From positions 12,338,001 to 12,402,000 of the forward strand of contig NC_092674.1 in NCBI RefSeq assembly GCF_964355755.1: DNA of 64,000 nt. Direction: 5' to 3'. The DNA is from Antedon mediterranea (Eukaryota > Animalia > Echinodermata). The stretch's first letter is position 1, and every line of letters starts with the position of its first letter. The notes under the pieces were generated by a model. That model was not told the origin of the DNA and ran no database searches. It saw only the letters and a list, made by a program, of their open reading frames with translations. Below, one piece after another: positions 40,716 to 52,109 of the stretch. The position numbers were made by a program, and so were the translations under genes.

Positions 40716-41977
40716 TGTCTAGTATGGTAAGGGAAGGATTGAAGGGCACAAGGATTTAACTATTTACTTCTGTTTACCTGGTATCATTTGCATAATATAT
40801 GCAAATTTCATTAATTTATAATTAATTTATATTGTTTATGTGCAGAATTACAACAAAATAAAACAGCACATAAAAAACATAAATTAAGTAACAAACTATA
40901 TAATTAACTTAGAAAAGAGAGAACAAAATGCTATTGTGAATTGAATTATTATATTTATTGTAGGCCTATTAAGTTGCCTACAGTAGGCCAAACTTTAACC
41001 AAAATGCAGCATGAAGGATGACAACATTTATATCGCAAAATATGAATTAAAATGGGTGACGGTTAACAAAGACTGACAATTGCAAGTCATTAATAGTTAG
41101 CTTTTTTTTTCCATTTTGTAAAAATCCCTGTACTATAAATACAGTGATTCATTCACCTTGAATTTATCCACAATAAATTGTGTTGTTGAGTGGAAAATAT
41201 TGTTGTCTTGGTCACAATACATTTAGATTGTCATGGGTCTAATTATTACATGATTTCTTGATATAAATACAACTTAACATCATTAATCAAAACTACCGTA
41301 GTTATAAATACAAACAAAAAGCAACATTATTATCATAAGTTAAGTATCATGTTATCACCATTAAACCCCTATTTGCTAAGATAACTAGACTGTAATCATA
41401 TAAAAAAGTAAGAATATGAAATAAAAAATACATTTTTCTTACTTGGTCCTTTTAAAACACAATTACACAATTTCCTTGTGGCAAACTGAAAAGTCTAATT
41501 TATTTTTAATCTTTTTATAAAATCAAAAATATAATTATTTATTTTTATTTATAGTAAATGTTATTTATAATGAGCAGATTGTTACTAGCATGTCTCTTCA
41601 TGGGTGAGAGGGGATATTTCGATTAATCTAGAACATGGGTTGGTATTGTGCAGTGTAAATACACACAACCTGTGTCATTCCTAAGGTTAATGAATCCGGA
41701 CACGACCAATTTATAATTACTGTCACCACTACCTGTTCAGAACTACAAATTTAGGTAACTATTTTAGTAAATGTTTTTTAGCCTTTGTTGCTTATATAAA
41801 TAAAATACCAGGTTAAAACAAAAATGTCACTTAACTTTGAACAGCATTTGTTAGGCTTAATAAATAACATTCAATTTCTAACAACCGTAACATCAGTAAT
41901 AGTAAAGATCAATTCTTAATTCAATCTTCTAATATTTTAACAGCAACGGTCATGTCATTCTTCTTTAAAACATTGAT

Positions 41978-42304
41978 TGATTGATTGATTTTATTCGATA
42001 TTCATACATAAAAGTTAAAATATACAATGTATAAAAGAGAATACCTGGATAACCCATTAAGTCGACAAAAAAGTAAACTTTTTTCCAATGGTGTCCAATC
42101 CGTAATGACTGAAAAGTGAGTGGTTGGGCCTAGTACAATTATCATTAAGTATGACTCAGTAAAAATGAAAAAACAAGAAAATACATACAAGACAAGATAA
42201 CATTTAAAAAAAAATATTAAAAATAACTTAATTAAACAGAAATTCCAAGCTGTTCATTATTAAAATATTCTTTAAGTTTTATTTTGAAGGTTGCATTATT
42301 TTGT
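41978..42304 (-). mobile_element. LINE 3' end (CR1/L2-like) with (ATCA)n tail
   Basis: ...FKIKLKEYF, AATAAA followed by atcaatcaatcaat. ATCAAT flanks both sides. Confidence 0.62.
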
Positions 42305-42621
42305 ATTGATAAATGATGGTAATTTATCTTCTCTAAGGATACCCCTTTGTTCAAGATATAGTTAGATATAATTATAGCACAGCACTTGTTGTCACTTTGT
42401 TTCCTAGAAACATTGTTTAGATGGACTTGCTGTGTTACACTGTGCACGGACGTTTCAGTTTCTGTCTATACGTCAAGGATTCAGAATATTTTTCCTTTAG
42501 CAGTTTGTTGACCTCCAAAACGCCATTTGTACCAGTCACACTGATTGCGTCAATGAGAACTTTAACGTTGGTTGCATTGAAACGGCTAGAGCAACGTTTC
42601 ATTAAATTAAATAACTCCATG

Positions 42622-45600
42622 TAGTAGGCCTGTTAAGTGACCCAATCCTTCAAATTGTGATAACATTCTGAAACTTTGCACAGTTATTCATTAGGGTGTC
42701 AAAAATATGAAATGGAAGGGTTGCACAAAATTTGGTCAGGGGAAAGCCGCCATTTTGGATTTCAAAATGGCGAACCCAAATTGTTCACTTTTCAGGTATA
42801 TCTCTGCTAAATAGGCACCTAGAGTTCTGAATTTAGGTGCAAATTATATGGTAATGGGGTCACCAAAGATATTGGTATAACTAACATTTTAATTGCATGG
42901 CGGCCATTTTGGATTTCAAAATGGCGTACTTCAAATTTTCACTTTTTAGGTATATCTCTGCTAAAGAGGACCTAGAGTTCTGATTTTAGGTGCAAATTAT
43001 ATGGTAGTGGGGTCACCAAACATACTGGTATAACTAACATTTTGATTTCGTGGCGGCCATGTTGGATTTTAAAATGGCGGATTTCAAATTTTCATTTTTC
43101 AGGCATATCTCTGCTAAAAAGGCACCTAGAGTTCTGATTTTAGGTGCAAATTATATGTTAATGGGGTCACCAAACATATTGGTATAACTAACATTTTGAT
43201 TGCATGGTGGCCATTTTGGATTTCAAAATGGCGGACTTCAAATTTTCACTTTTCAGGTATCTCTGCTAAAAAGGTACACAGAGTTCTGATTTTAGGTGCC
43301 AATTATATGGTAATGGGTAACCAAACATATTGGTATTTAACTGACATTTTTATTGCATGGCGGCCATTTTGAATTTCAAAATGGCGAACTCAAAATGTTT
43401 CAGTACGGTACCTACAGTTATAATTTTAGGTACAAAGTATAATATAGTATTGAGGTCAACAAACATATTGGTATAACGTCTTTGATTGCATGGCGGCCAT
43501 TTTGAATGTAGCTCAACCCGTACTGGCTTTACACTATTTGTTTATGTTCATAATTACATGCATTTAACACGGACACTTATTGTAGGTCACATTTTCCTTG
43601 GCAACCACACAGCTCTGCATTTACAGCATCCAAGATCACAGTCGGTGTGTCCACACAATCGGTGTGTCCACAGCGAATTAAAACCTTCGTGACATCTGAA
43701 AGTTCCGGCAATGAACTCCAAGCTAGACTAAATTTGTTGCCGTCCTTCCTCTATCCCCAGTTCGCTGGGTCCTGTTCAATTCTGAATGCATCTAGACAGT
43801 CGTACCACTTCCTGGCTTCCGTTTCACATGTTCTCTTAATGCCGCAGATGTTGGGGGATATTTTCAATAGCCTTTCTCTTGTTGTAAAAAGATATCGTCT
43901 TGCATCATTAAATGTTCTGCAGTAGAAATAGTTACAACAAACTGTTCTAGATAATCTGTGTCTGTTTCACTAACATGCCCTACAGACAATGACATCCTCT
44001 TAAAAACTGGAGTCATACATGGCATCTTTTTCAAAGTCTCGTTAAATGTAGCTTTACCTTTTCCTTAAACAGATGAAGTTCTATCACAACCGCTAATGGT
44101 ATGAAAGAACAAGTAAGCGGCTGATGCTTGTGATCCAAGAAAAGAAGCAATCGTGTGTATTGGGATGTACTTCAAGTGCTTCCCCACTCCAAACTCGATC
44201 CGAAGCTCGTGGATGCCAGGTATTCTGTGGAAAGCTAACAACAACATCACTGTGTACAGTCTTGACAATGCGTGGAAAATTTCAGCGGCAAGTTTAACGT
44301 GAACAAACATACGTTCATCTGCCTCTTCTATGTTACATGGCATCAGCGATTGTATATTTACTGGTTTGTTACAGCTCTGTCTCCCAAAGACCCTACAAAC
44401 ATTCCGTGATTTGTGCCAATGTTCTCTACTACTTCAGTTACAATAAATAAAAACAACTCTGATTTGTTGTCATCAAATCTAAAAAATGTGGTCCAATTGT
44501 TGGGCAAGCTCCCGCTGGCTTTAACGACCCTCCTTACACCAGAGACGCGGTTTGAACGCGTACTAGACTTTAAACTGTCGTTAAAGTATCTATCGAAAAA
44601 CAAATCTAGTCGTGTCACTGATCGAAGTTGATGGTTGTATGCTACTTGATATATACTCAATGAATGTCTTCGAATCATTGGTCCTGAGCATATTGATTAT
44701 TGCTGGTCCATCTAACACATTGGCAGCAACTAATGGTGCTTTATTTTGTCGTACAACCATATATAGACCATCAACTTCGATCAGTGACGTGACCAGATTT
44801 GGTTTTCGATAAATACTCTAACGACGGTTTAAAGTCTAGTACGCGTTCAATCGCGGCTCTGGTGTAAGGAGGGCGTCAAAGCCAGTGGGAGCATGCCCAA
44901 CAATTGGACCACATATTCGAGATATGATGACAACAAATCAGAGTTGTTTCATTAATTGTAACTGAAGTAGTAGAGAACATTGACACAAATCACGGAATGT
45001 TTGTAGGGTCTCTGAGAGACAGAGCTGTAACAAACCAGTCTGTAAATATAAAACCGCTGATGCCATGTAACATAGAAGAGGCAGATGAACGTATGTTTGT
45101 TCATGTTAAACATGCCGCTAAAATTTGTCCGCGCATTCTTGTCAAGACTGTAGACAGTGATGTTGTTGTTATTTCATTGTCAACTTTCCACAGAATACCT
45201 GGCATCCACGAGCTTTGGATCGAGTTTGGAGTGGGGAAGCACTTGAAGTATATCTCAATACACAAGATTACTTCTCTTGGATCACAAGCATCAGCCGCTT
45301 ACTTGTTCTTTCATTCCTTTAGCAGTTGTGATACAACTTCATCTGTTCAAAGAAAGGAATTTGAGACGATGTCATTGTCTGTAGGGGATGTTAGTGACAC
45401 AGATTATCTAGAACAGTTTGTTGTAACTATGTAGAAAGAAGGTAAATGATGCAAGACGATATCTTTTTACTATACAGACTATTGAAAATATCCCCCCAAC
45501 ATCTGCGGCATTAAGAGAACATGTGAAACAGTCTTTTATACAAGCCAGAAAGTGGTACAACTGTCTAAATGCATTCAGGGTTGAACAGGAACCAGCAAAC

Positions 45601-46330
45601 TGGGGATGGAGGAAGGACGGCAACAAATTTAGTCCAGTTTGGAGTTTATTGCCGGAACTTTCAGATGTCACAAATCGCTGTGACACACCGACTATGATCT
45701 TGGACGCTGTAAATGCAGAAAGAGTGATTTATGATGTACAGAGCTGTGTGGTTACCAGGTTTGAGCTACATTCAAAATGGCCGCCATGCAATCAAAGACG
45801 TTATACCTATATGTTTGTTGACCTCAATACCATATTATACTTTGTACCTAAAATTATAACTGTAGGCACCGTACTGAAACATATTGGCCATGCAATCAAA
45901 ATGTTAGTTAAATAGCAATATATTTGGTGACCCATTACCATATAATTTGCACTTAAAATCAGAGCACTGTGTACCTTTTTAGCAGAGATATACCTGAAAT
46001 GTGAAAATTTGAAATCCGCCATTTTGAAATCCAACATGGCCGCCATGCAATCAAATGTTAATTATACCAATATGTTTGGTGACCCCACTACCATATATTT
46101 TGCAGGTAAAATCAGAACTCAAGGTGCCTCTTTAGCAGAGATATACCTGACAAGTGAAAATTTGAGGTGCGCCATTTTGAAATCCAAAATGGCGGCTTTC
46201 CCCTGACAAAATGTTGTGCAACCCTTCCATTTCATATTTTTGACACCCTAATGAATAACTGTGCAAAGTTTCAAAATGTTATCACAATTTGAAGGATTTG
46301 CCTAAAATATGCTCCTTAACATGCCTACTA
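42622..46330. mobile_element. Palindromic Academ element made of two inverted 3' halves, each with transposase remnants
   Basis: TAGTAGGC...GCCTACTA termini, 3-bp TSD atg. EEADERMFVHV..TVDSDVVVI..FH..SGCD remnants on both strands. ~154-bp gccattttggatttcaaaatggcg subterminal repeats. Confidence 0.9.
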
Positions 46331-47154
46331 ATGGTAGTGTCAGCCTTCTGTAGATCACTGTAAGGTGTTACAAGGGGTTTACAGAACACCTTCAGCATAT
46401 CAAGTGAACCATGCTGTCATCATACCAGCTTGATACCTGTACCAACTTTTCCTGAAATTCATTCTTGAGTAATTATGTACAAAGACAATACATTAGACCA
46501 ACATTGTAATTAGTATAGTTTGTATGATACATAGTAATTTAGAAGGATAATACGAGTTGTTATAAATAGAGATGATGAATTGTTGTTTATTTCAGGGACG
46601 GATATGATCCAGCCGTAACATCATATTAGCTACAAAAACCAGACTGTTACAATTATAATTACTGTTATAATTAAATATAACTAAAAACCTAATCCTCTAA
46701 ATAATTTCTCTCAATATAAAGTAAAAAGTACTTGCTCATGTTTTTCATTCGATTTTGTCCACTTTTTATTTTATCTCTATGAATCAAATGATTAATACAC
46801 CACGAAAAACACCCAACATAATAGTATAGAAATATTTACGGGCTGAGGGGCATGGTTAAAAATATATCCCAAATTGATCTGGAGACTACAATTTATTCAG
46901 TATGTCTCCAGATCACTGAGAACTATATTTGTTACCGTACCCCGATGAAAGCCCAGTAAATATTTGTTTAATATACCACCACCCAATTTGGTTGGCTAGG
47001 TTAGGCCGAAGTGAATGCAAACATGGACTTGGTTGGAGCTGGCCTAGATATAGTTAGTGGCACAGTTTCGCTGCGAAGAAGCAACAAACAAAAGCTTGCA
47101 TTTGATAATTCATCACTTCCAGATTATGCAATAAAAATATTTCCAAATCATATT

Positions 47155-47800
47155 GTTGGCTTGATGATGGTTCACACTGTTGACTTGATTATGGTTCACA
47201 TTGTTGACTTGATGATGGTTCACATTGTTGACTTGATTATGGTTCACATTAACTTGATGATGGTTCACATTAATGTGATGATGGTTCACATTGTTGACTT
47301 GATGATGGTTCACATTGTTGACTTGATTATGGTTCACATTGTTGACTTGATGATGGTTCACATAAACTTGATGATTATTCACATTGTTGACTTGATGATG
47401 GTTCGCATTGTTGACTTGATTATGGTTCACATTGTTGACTTGATGATGGTTCACATTAACTTGATGATGGTTCACATTAATTTGATGATGGTTCACATTG
47501 TTGACTTGATGACTGTTCACATTAACTTGATGATTGTTCACATTAACTTGATGATGGTTCACATTAACTTGATGATGGTTTACTTTAACTTGATGATGGT
47601 TCATATTGTTGACTTGATGATGATTCACATTGTTGACTTGATGATGGATCAAATTGACTTGATGATGGTTCACATTAACTTGATGATGATTCACATTGTT
47701 GACTTGATGATGGTTCGCGTTGTTGATTTGATGATGGTTTCCGTTGTTGACTTGATGATGATTCACATTGTTGACTTGATGATGGTTGAAATTGTTGATT
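47155..47800. repeat. 24/21-bp minisatellite (gacttgatgatggttcacattgtt)
   Basis: About 28 units, all multiples of 3, giving long ORFs on both strands. Minus-strand acceptor TTTATTAG at 47807. Confidence 0.9.
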
Positions 47801-47954
47801 TAGCTCCTAATAAATAAAATAATGCATACATTATCAACTTTTATAGTATATCCACAAAGGATGGACATTTAATTAATTGTATTATTTAAACTAAATTAAC
47901 ATCATGTAAAATTTGTAAACATATACAAGATATGAATAGTTACATTACAATTAC

Positions 47955-48503
47955 CTTCGAGTTCTGTAACAACATTATACTCCAATAGTATTTTTCTTGC
48001 TTTTCCTCCAAGACGATCTGCAAATATTTGTATTTTTTCTTGATCATCTGCTAATTCTTCCTCTTTCTCCAGATGGAGAACTGCATCCCAAACATTGGAG
48101 AAGTTATATTTTGTCAAGTCATAGTAAGCAGTAACATTATGTAATGCATTTGGGTCAAGTTGTTTCAAGGTCTTAAAAAGTTGCTTTCTGTAAGGTGACA
48201 ACTTTTTACCAGTATTTTTATTCTCAACCTTGTTGTCTGTCATATACTTTGATACAAGATCTTTTGACAGTGTCATTTCAGATGTTTTTGTAATCTCTAA
48301 CAGTAAGTTAACATTAGTTGGCGAGATTAAACCCTTGTGTTCAAGGTCGTTGAGTAAGTCATGTCCATTGACATTTATATTTGTAATTTCACTGACATCC
48401 AATTGATCACATAGTAGGAACCTTAGCAAACGGTATCTTTCACCGACAAAGCATTTACCAAGATTAGCTTTTAAATTTCGGAAATTGTTGTAAGTTTTAG
48501 AAT
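47955..48503 (-). CDS. Tandem death-effector-domain (DED)-like exon, 183 codons, phase 1-1
   Basis: TTTTATTTTCAG acceptor, GTAATT donor, no stops: DSKTYNNFRNLKANLG...LLRFLLCD...GHDLLNDLEHKGLISPTNVNLLLEI...LSPYRKQLFK...VWDAVLHLEKEEEL. LE..G.ISPTN..LL and YR..L motifs are DED-like. Confidence 0.8.
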
Positions 48504-48859
48504 CTGAAAATAAAATTAATGGTCATTTTTTTGAAAATGATTATTATTTTCACTGATTCCAATCAAAATGAGTTTGATTTAAAATATACATTGTGTAAAA
48601 CTATGACATCACTGCCAATGATAAAAAGAAATCTATCAACTAAAACTCGAAATAAAGGTCCATTTACACTAGGACGATAACAATCGACGATAATTAGATA
48701 AATATGCATTTTTCATATATAAAAAAAGAAATCCAAAAAGTTTTAATACTAGAACTATAGGATAACCATATGCTGCCTTTGATGAAAATTATATTTTCAC
48801 ACGTCCAATCAAATGACGCCATTGTCAGTAAGAGCAATAATATCGTGACAATACAATAC

Positions 48860-48979
48860 CAGAAGACACACCTGTACCAGAAGACACACCTGCAACAGAA
48901 GACACACCTGCACCAGAAGACACACCTGCACTAGAAGTCACACCTGCACCAGAAGACAAACCTGTACTAGAAGAAACAC
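48860..48979 (-). CDS. Candidate low-complexity exon (18-bp repeats, GVSS[G/S][A/T]) upstream of the DED exon
   Basis: 120 bp, phase 1-1 (TACAG acceptor, GTATTG donor). Encodes GVSSSTGLSSGAGVTSSAGVSSGAGVSSVAGVSSGTGVSS. Splice sites are weak. Confidence 0.45.
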
Positions 48980-49212
48980 CTGTACCAGCATGGGATGAAA
49001 CAAATTAGCTAAACATTACAGTAAATAAGTTTGCTATAAAGTATCATGGTTTAAAAGTCCTTTTCTCATAGGCGTGCTGGCAGAGTGTAGTTATAGATAG
49101 CTGCAACTTTGCCGGAACTTACCATATAATTGTTCACATTGGACGGAATATAACCAATATTGTATAATTAAATTTTAAAAATTGTAGTATGTTTATGTTT
49201 GTTCACTACATA

Positions 49213-49330
49213 TAACATGGCCTTGTCACGCTGAAACACTGGTTTTCTTGTTTGATCACCAAGGTTAAGCAATGTTGGACTTGGTTGGAGCTTGGATGGG
49301 AAACCATCTAGGAATAGCAATGTTGTATAT
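49213..49330 (+). pseudogene. 5S rRNA-derived sequence (pseudogene or SINE3 head)
   Basis: ggccttgtcacgctgaaacactggttttcttgtttgatcaccaaggttaagcaatg...cttggatgggaaaccatctaggaata aligns by eye with metazoan 5S, with many substitutions. Confidence 0.7.
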
Positions 49331-49567
49331 ATGAAGCTGGGGTTCCATCAGGAATTTGAAATCAACACAGGAGCTGACCCTTATGGTAGTCGCTATATCT
49401 AGTATCTGCCTCAGACGTATTGGCTCATGCCATTCCTCTGGTCAAGGTAAAAACGTACTTAATCTACATAATTACCATAATTAAGATTATAACATACCTA
49501 GATTTGGTCTTGATGTCGCAACATCGCCTATAACAAATACAATATGTAATCATTAAAGAAACCAGAT

Positions 49568-49671
<104 letters not shown>

Positions 49672-50502
49672 AGAAACACTCGACCAGTGATATTATCTTG
49701 GAAATTAAATAATACAAAGAAAATTAAATGAGGAAATCTGTGAGAATATGAAAAAAACACTCAACCAATATTCGAAATAAGAATCATCTGCTTGATATGT
49801 GGAGGAATTGAGGTGTTTTAGGAATTAGCAATGTAACAGTGGGAAAGCCACTTCGCGTTTTGACCGTTAAATCGTGTAAAATCGACTTACTTCCGCATTG
49901 ACAATTTTGAAGCGCCACCTATCGTTGAAAACTGAAACCACGATTTTTCGTCGCCTAGCAAATAAGTGCTGTTTTATTTTAAGCTCTCATGAATATTTAA
50001 GAACCGCCCAACATTACCTATTATGGTAAAAGCATTTCCTAATAAGTATAATTGAATAACCAATCGGTTTCCTTCAAAGAAACCGAAGCTAATACAATCC
50101 ATTCGGCGACTGAAGTCGGGACTCGTGAAATTTATAAATGTGGTACGATTTGACTACTGTTTTGTTGTTCATTTTCTGAATAGTCGGAGGTGCATCCCAA
50201 CAAATTAAAAAAATTGTAATCAATTGTTTTATCAAGAATAATATTAGTTTAATCGAGTATGATATATTTCTATCCTGTTCAAAATTTGTTGGTGTATTCT
50301 CAGGCCTCGAAAGGTAGGTACATTTTCTAGCTGTGAGCGTGGTTTCGGCAACGCGAGACACGTGTGTCAGTATAGGCGATAGCGAGACGTGTGTTGGTAC
50401 TGTGTTGATGCTGATCCGATAGTCGTTAAGTTGTACCAAAGATAATAAAAGGAGAAGATACAACAGTTCCGTTGGCGGTGTAAACCACATCCAGGTTACT
50501 AT

Positions 50503-50571
50503 TTGCCTACGCCTGAAGGTGGCGCATTTCTTTTTCGCCAAAAGAAGTGCGCCACCTTCAGGCGTAGGTAA
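50503..50571 (+). other. 69-nt near-perfect hairpin (32-bp stem, 5-nt loop)
   Basis: ttgcctacgcctgaaggtggcgcatttctttt-tcgcc-aaaagaagtgcgccaccttcaggcgtaggtaa. The only two mismatches are G-U compatible on the plus strand. Confidence 0.85.
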
Positions 50572-52109
50572 GGTAAAACTTTTATTGTAAATATCTATAA
50601 AAATGCAAACGATGATTATTTATCAAAATGATTATCAAAATATTAATAATATCAAAATTAGTAGAGCACAAACGCGAGAACACATCAGATCATCACGATC
50701 CATCGAAACGTGGAATTAGACGGGAACCATATCTAGAGCCCGCCGTCGTTCGGCTGCTGGATTCTTACGCGTCCACGAATAAGCGTCCGCGTTTCCTATC
50801 CTTCTATGTATAACAGCGCGTACTGTTGATTCTTTACCTATTTATATTCTTTGGTTGTACTGATTACGAGTATCATTTGTCCTGGCCGGCCTAGCCTGGT
50901 GATCTGATCCCCCCCCAAAAATACTTTTTTTCAATCAGTAATAATATTATTATTTTATTTTTCATTTATTATTTGATTTATTAGGCTCAATAGATGCCTA
51001 GCTAGGCTACTAGTAGGCCTAGATTATATAAATAATAATAGTAAATACTGTAATTTAATTAATAAAACTAGATGGCACGCTCGCTTCGCTCGCGTACCAT
51101 CTAGGTCGTGCCCACAGATGGTTCTCGAATTCACAGTATTTCCAGCGAGAAAAAAATGGAGATTTCAAATATACGTACCGCAGGACTATAACACATTGTC
51201 GTTTACAGAAACGAATAAATATACACAATGATTTATGTAGTCAACCAAAATTAGCACCCTGGGAATTACTTCCGAGAGAGAAACAAAATGAGTCAAATTT
51301 TTTTATTTGGACTCATTTAAACAAACCCAATTTGTGTTTTGTATGTAACATTAAGGGTTGAGGGATGGGGGAAGAAGATAGGTACAAAGAGGAAACATTT
51401 TAAAATATATTCTTATCCACTCAGTAACGAAATATTGTTTTTAATGTTTTATAGGCCTATAAATAATATACCACTAAATACAGTAAAACATTTACGATTT
51501 AATACGGTACTTTGTTAAAACTCACAGCTGTTTCAAACATACGAATTAAGTCATGCGCCCTCAACGTTACAAGTCGTATCGCTGGAGTAACCATACATAA
51601 ACAATTACTTACAAATCCACGTGTGCAGAGTGGAGTCAAACGTCATTTAAAGACATGTTTTAAACAGCCAATGAGAATGAGATAAAAAAATAAAGGGTCG
51701 CTAAAAATATGAATATTCATTAAAGAGTCCCTGGATGAAACAAGCACGTTGTCGTTTTGTTTTTAAGAAGAAATGTAACGCTGAAAATTAATGGAAGGGT
51801 GGACCATAAATTACAAGCATAGACCAATTGACGCACGTGAGTGACATTTCCAAATTAGGTACATGTTTGTTTGTCCGTATCTTTAAAAAATGTAATTTTC
51901 ACTCTAATTCTTTGGTACTGCATGATAATTTAGTTATCTGTGAATGTTATAACATAGTAATGGTCGAGAGGTGATGGTTGAATTTTTGAGCTATGGCCGT
52001 TTCAAATTGTGTCATTTTTAGGCTTAGGCTTATGTCTACTCTAGTTGCAACACTGCCTTTCATGTGACAGCTGACCCAAATGAGTTTGGAAATGTTACAT
52101 TATTTTAAT

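Larger units (their letters stand above)
41921..46474 (-). pseudogene. Degenerate tandem DED-like exon split by an Academ element and a LINE fragment
   Basis: Rejoined: LKNEFQEKLVQVSSWYDD/HGSLDMLKVFCKPLVTPYSDLQKADTT[Academ]MELFNLM...NATNVKVLIDAISVTG...YRQKL...YLEQRGILREDKLPSFIN[LINE]VLKKNDMTVAVKILED*. Several frameshifts. Confidence 0.68.

Noticed and set aside
41443-41485. 43-bp candidate exon as the DED-to-ankyrin linker
   Set aside because: Its only open frame is phase 0 to 1, the opposite of the phase 1 to 0 linker required.
47011-47817. 268-aa plus-strand hydrophobic ORF (VHIVDLMM)n
   Set aside because: Antisense reading of the minisatellite; no plausible start or splice context.
49213-49330. 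Functional 5S rRNA gene
   Set aside because: Too many substitutions, single copy, no oligo-T terminator; treated as 5S-derived.
50089-50541. 150-aa minus-strand ORF
   Set aside because: TTG start inside the hairpin, no recognisable motif, and within a TE interior.
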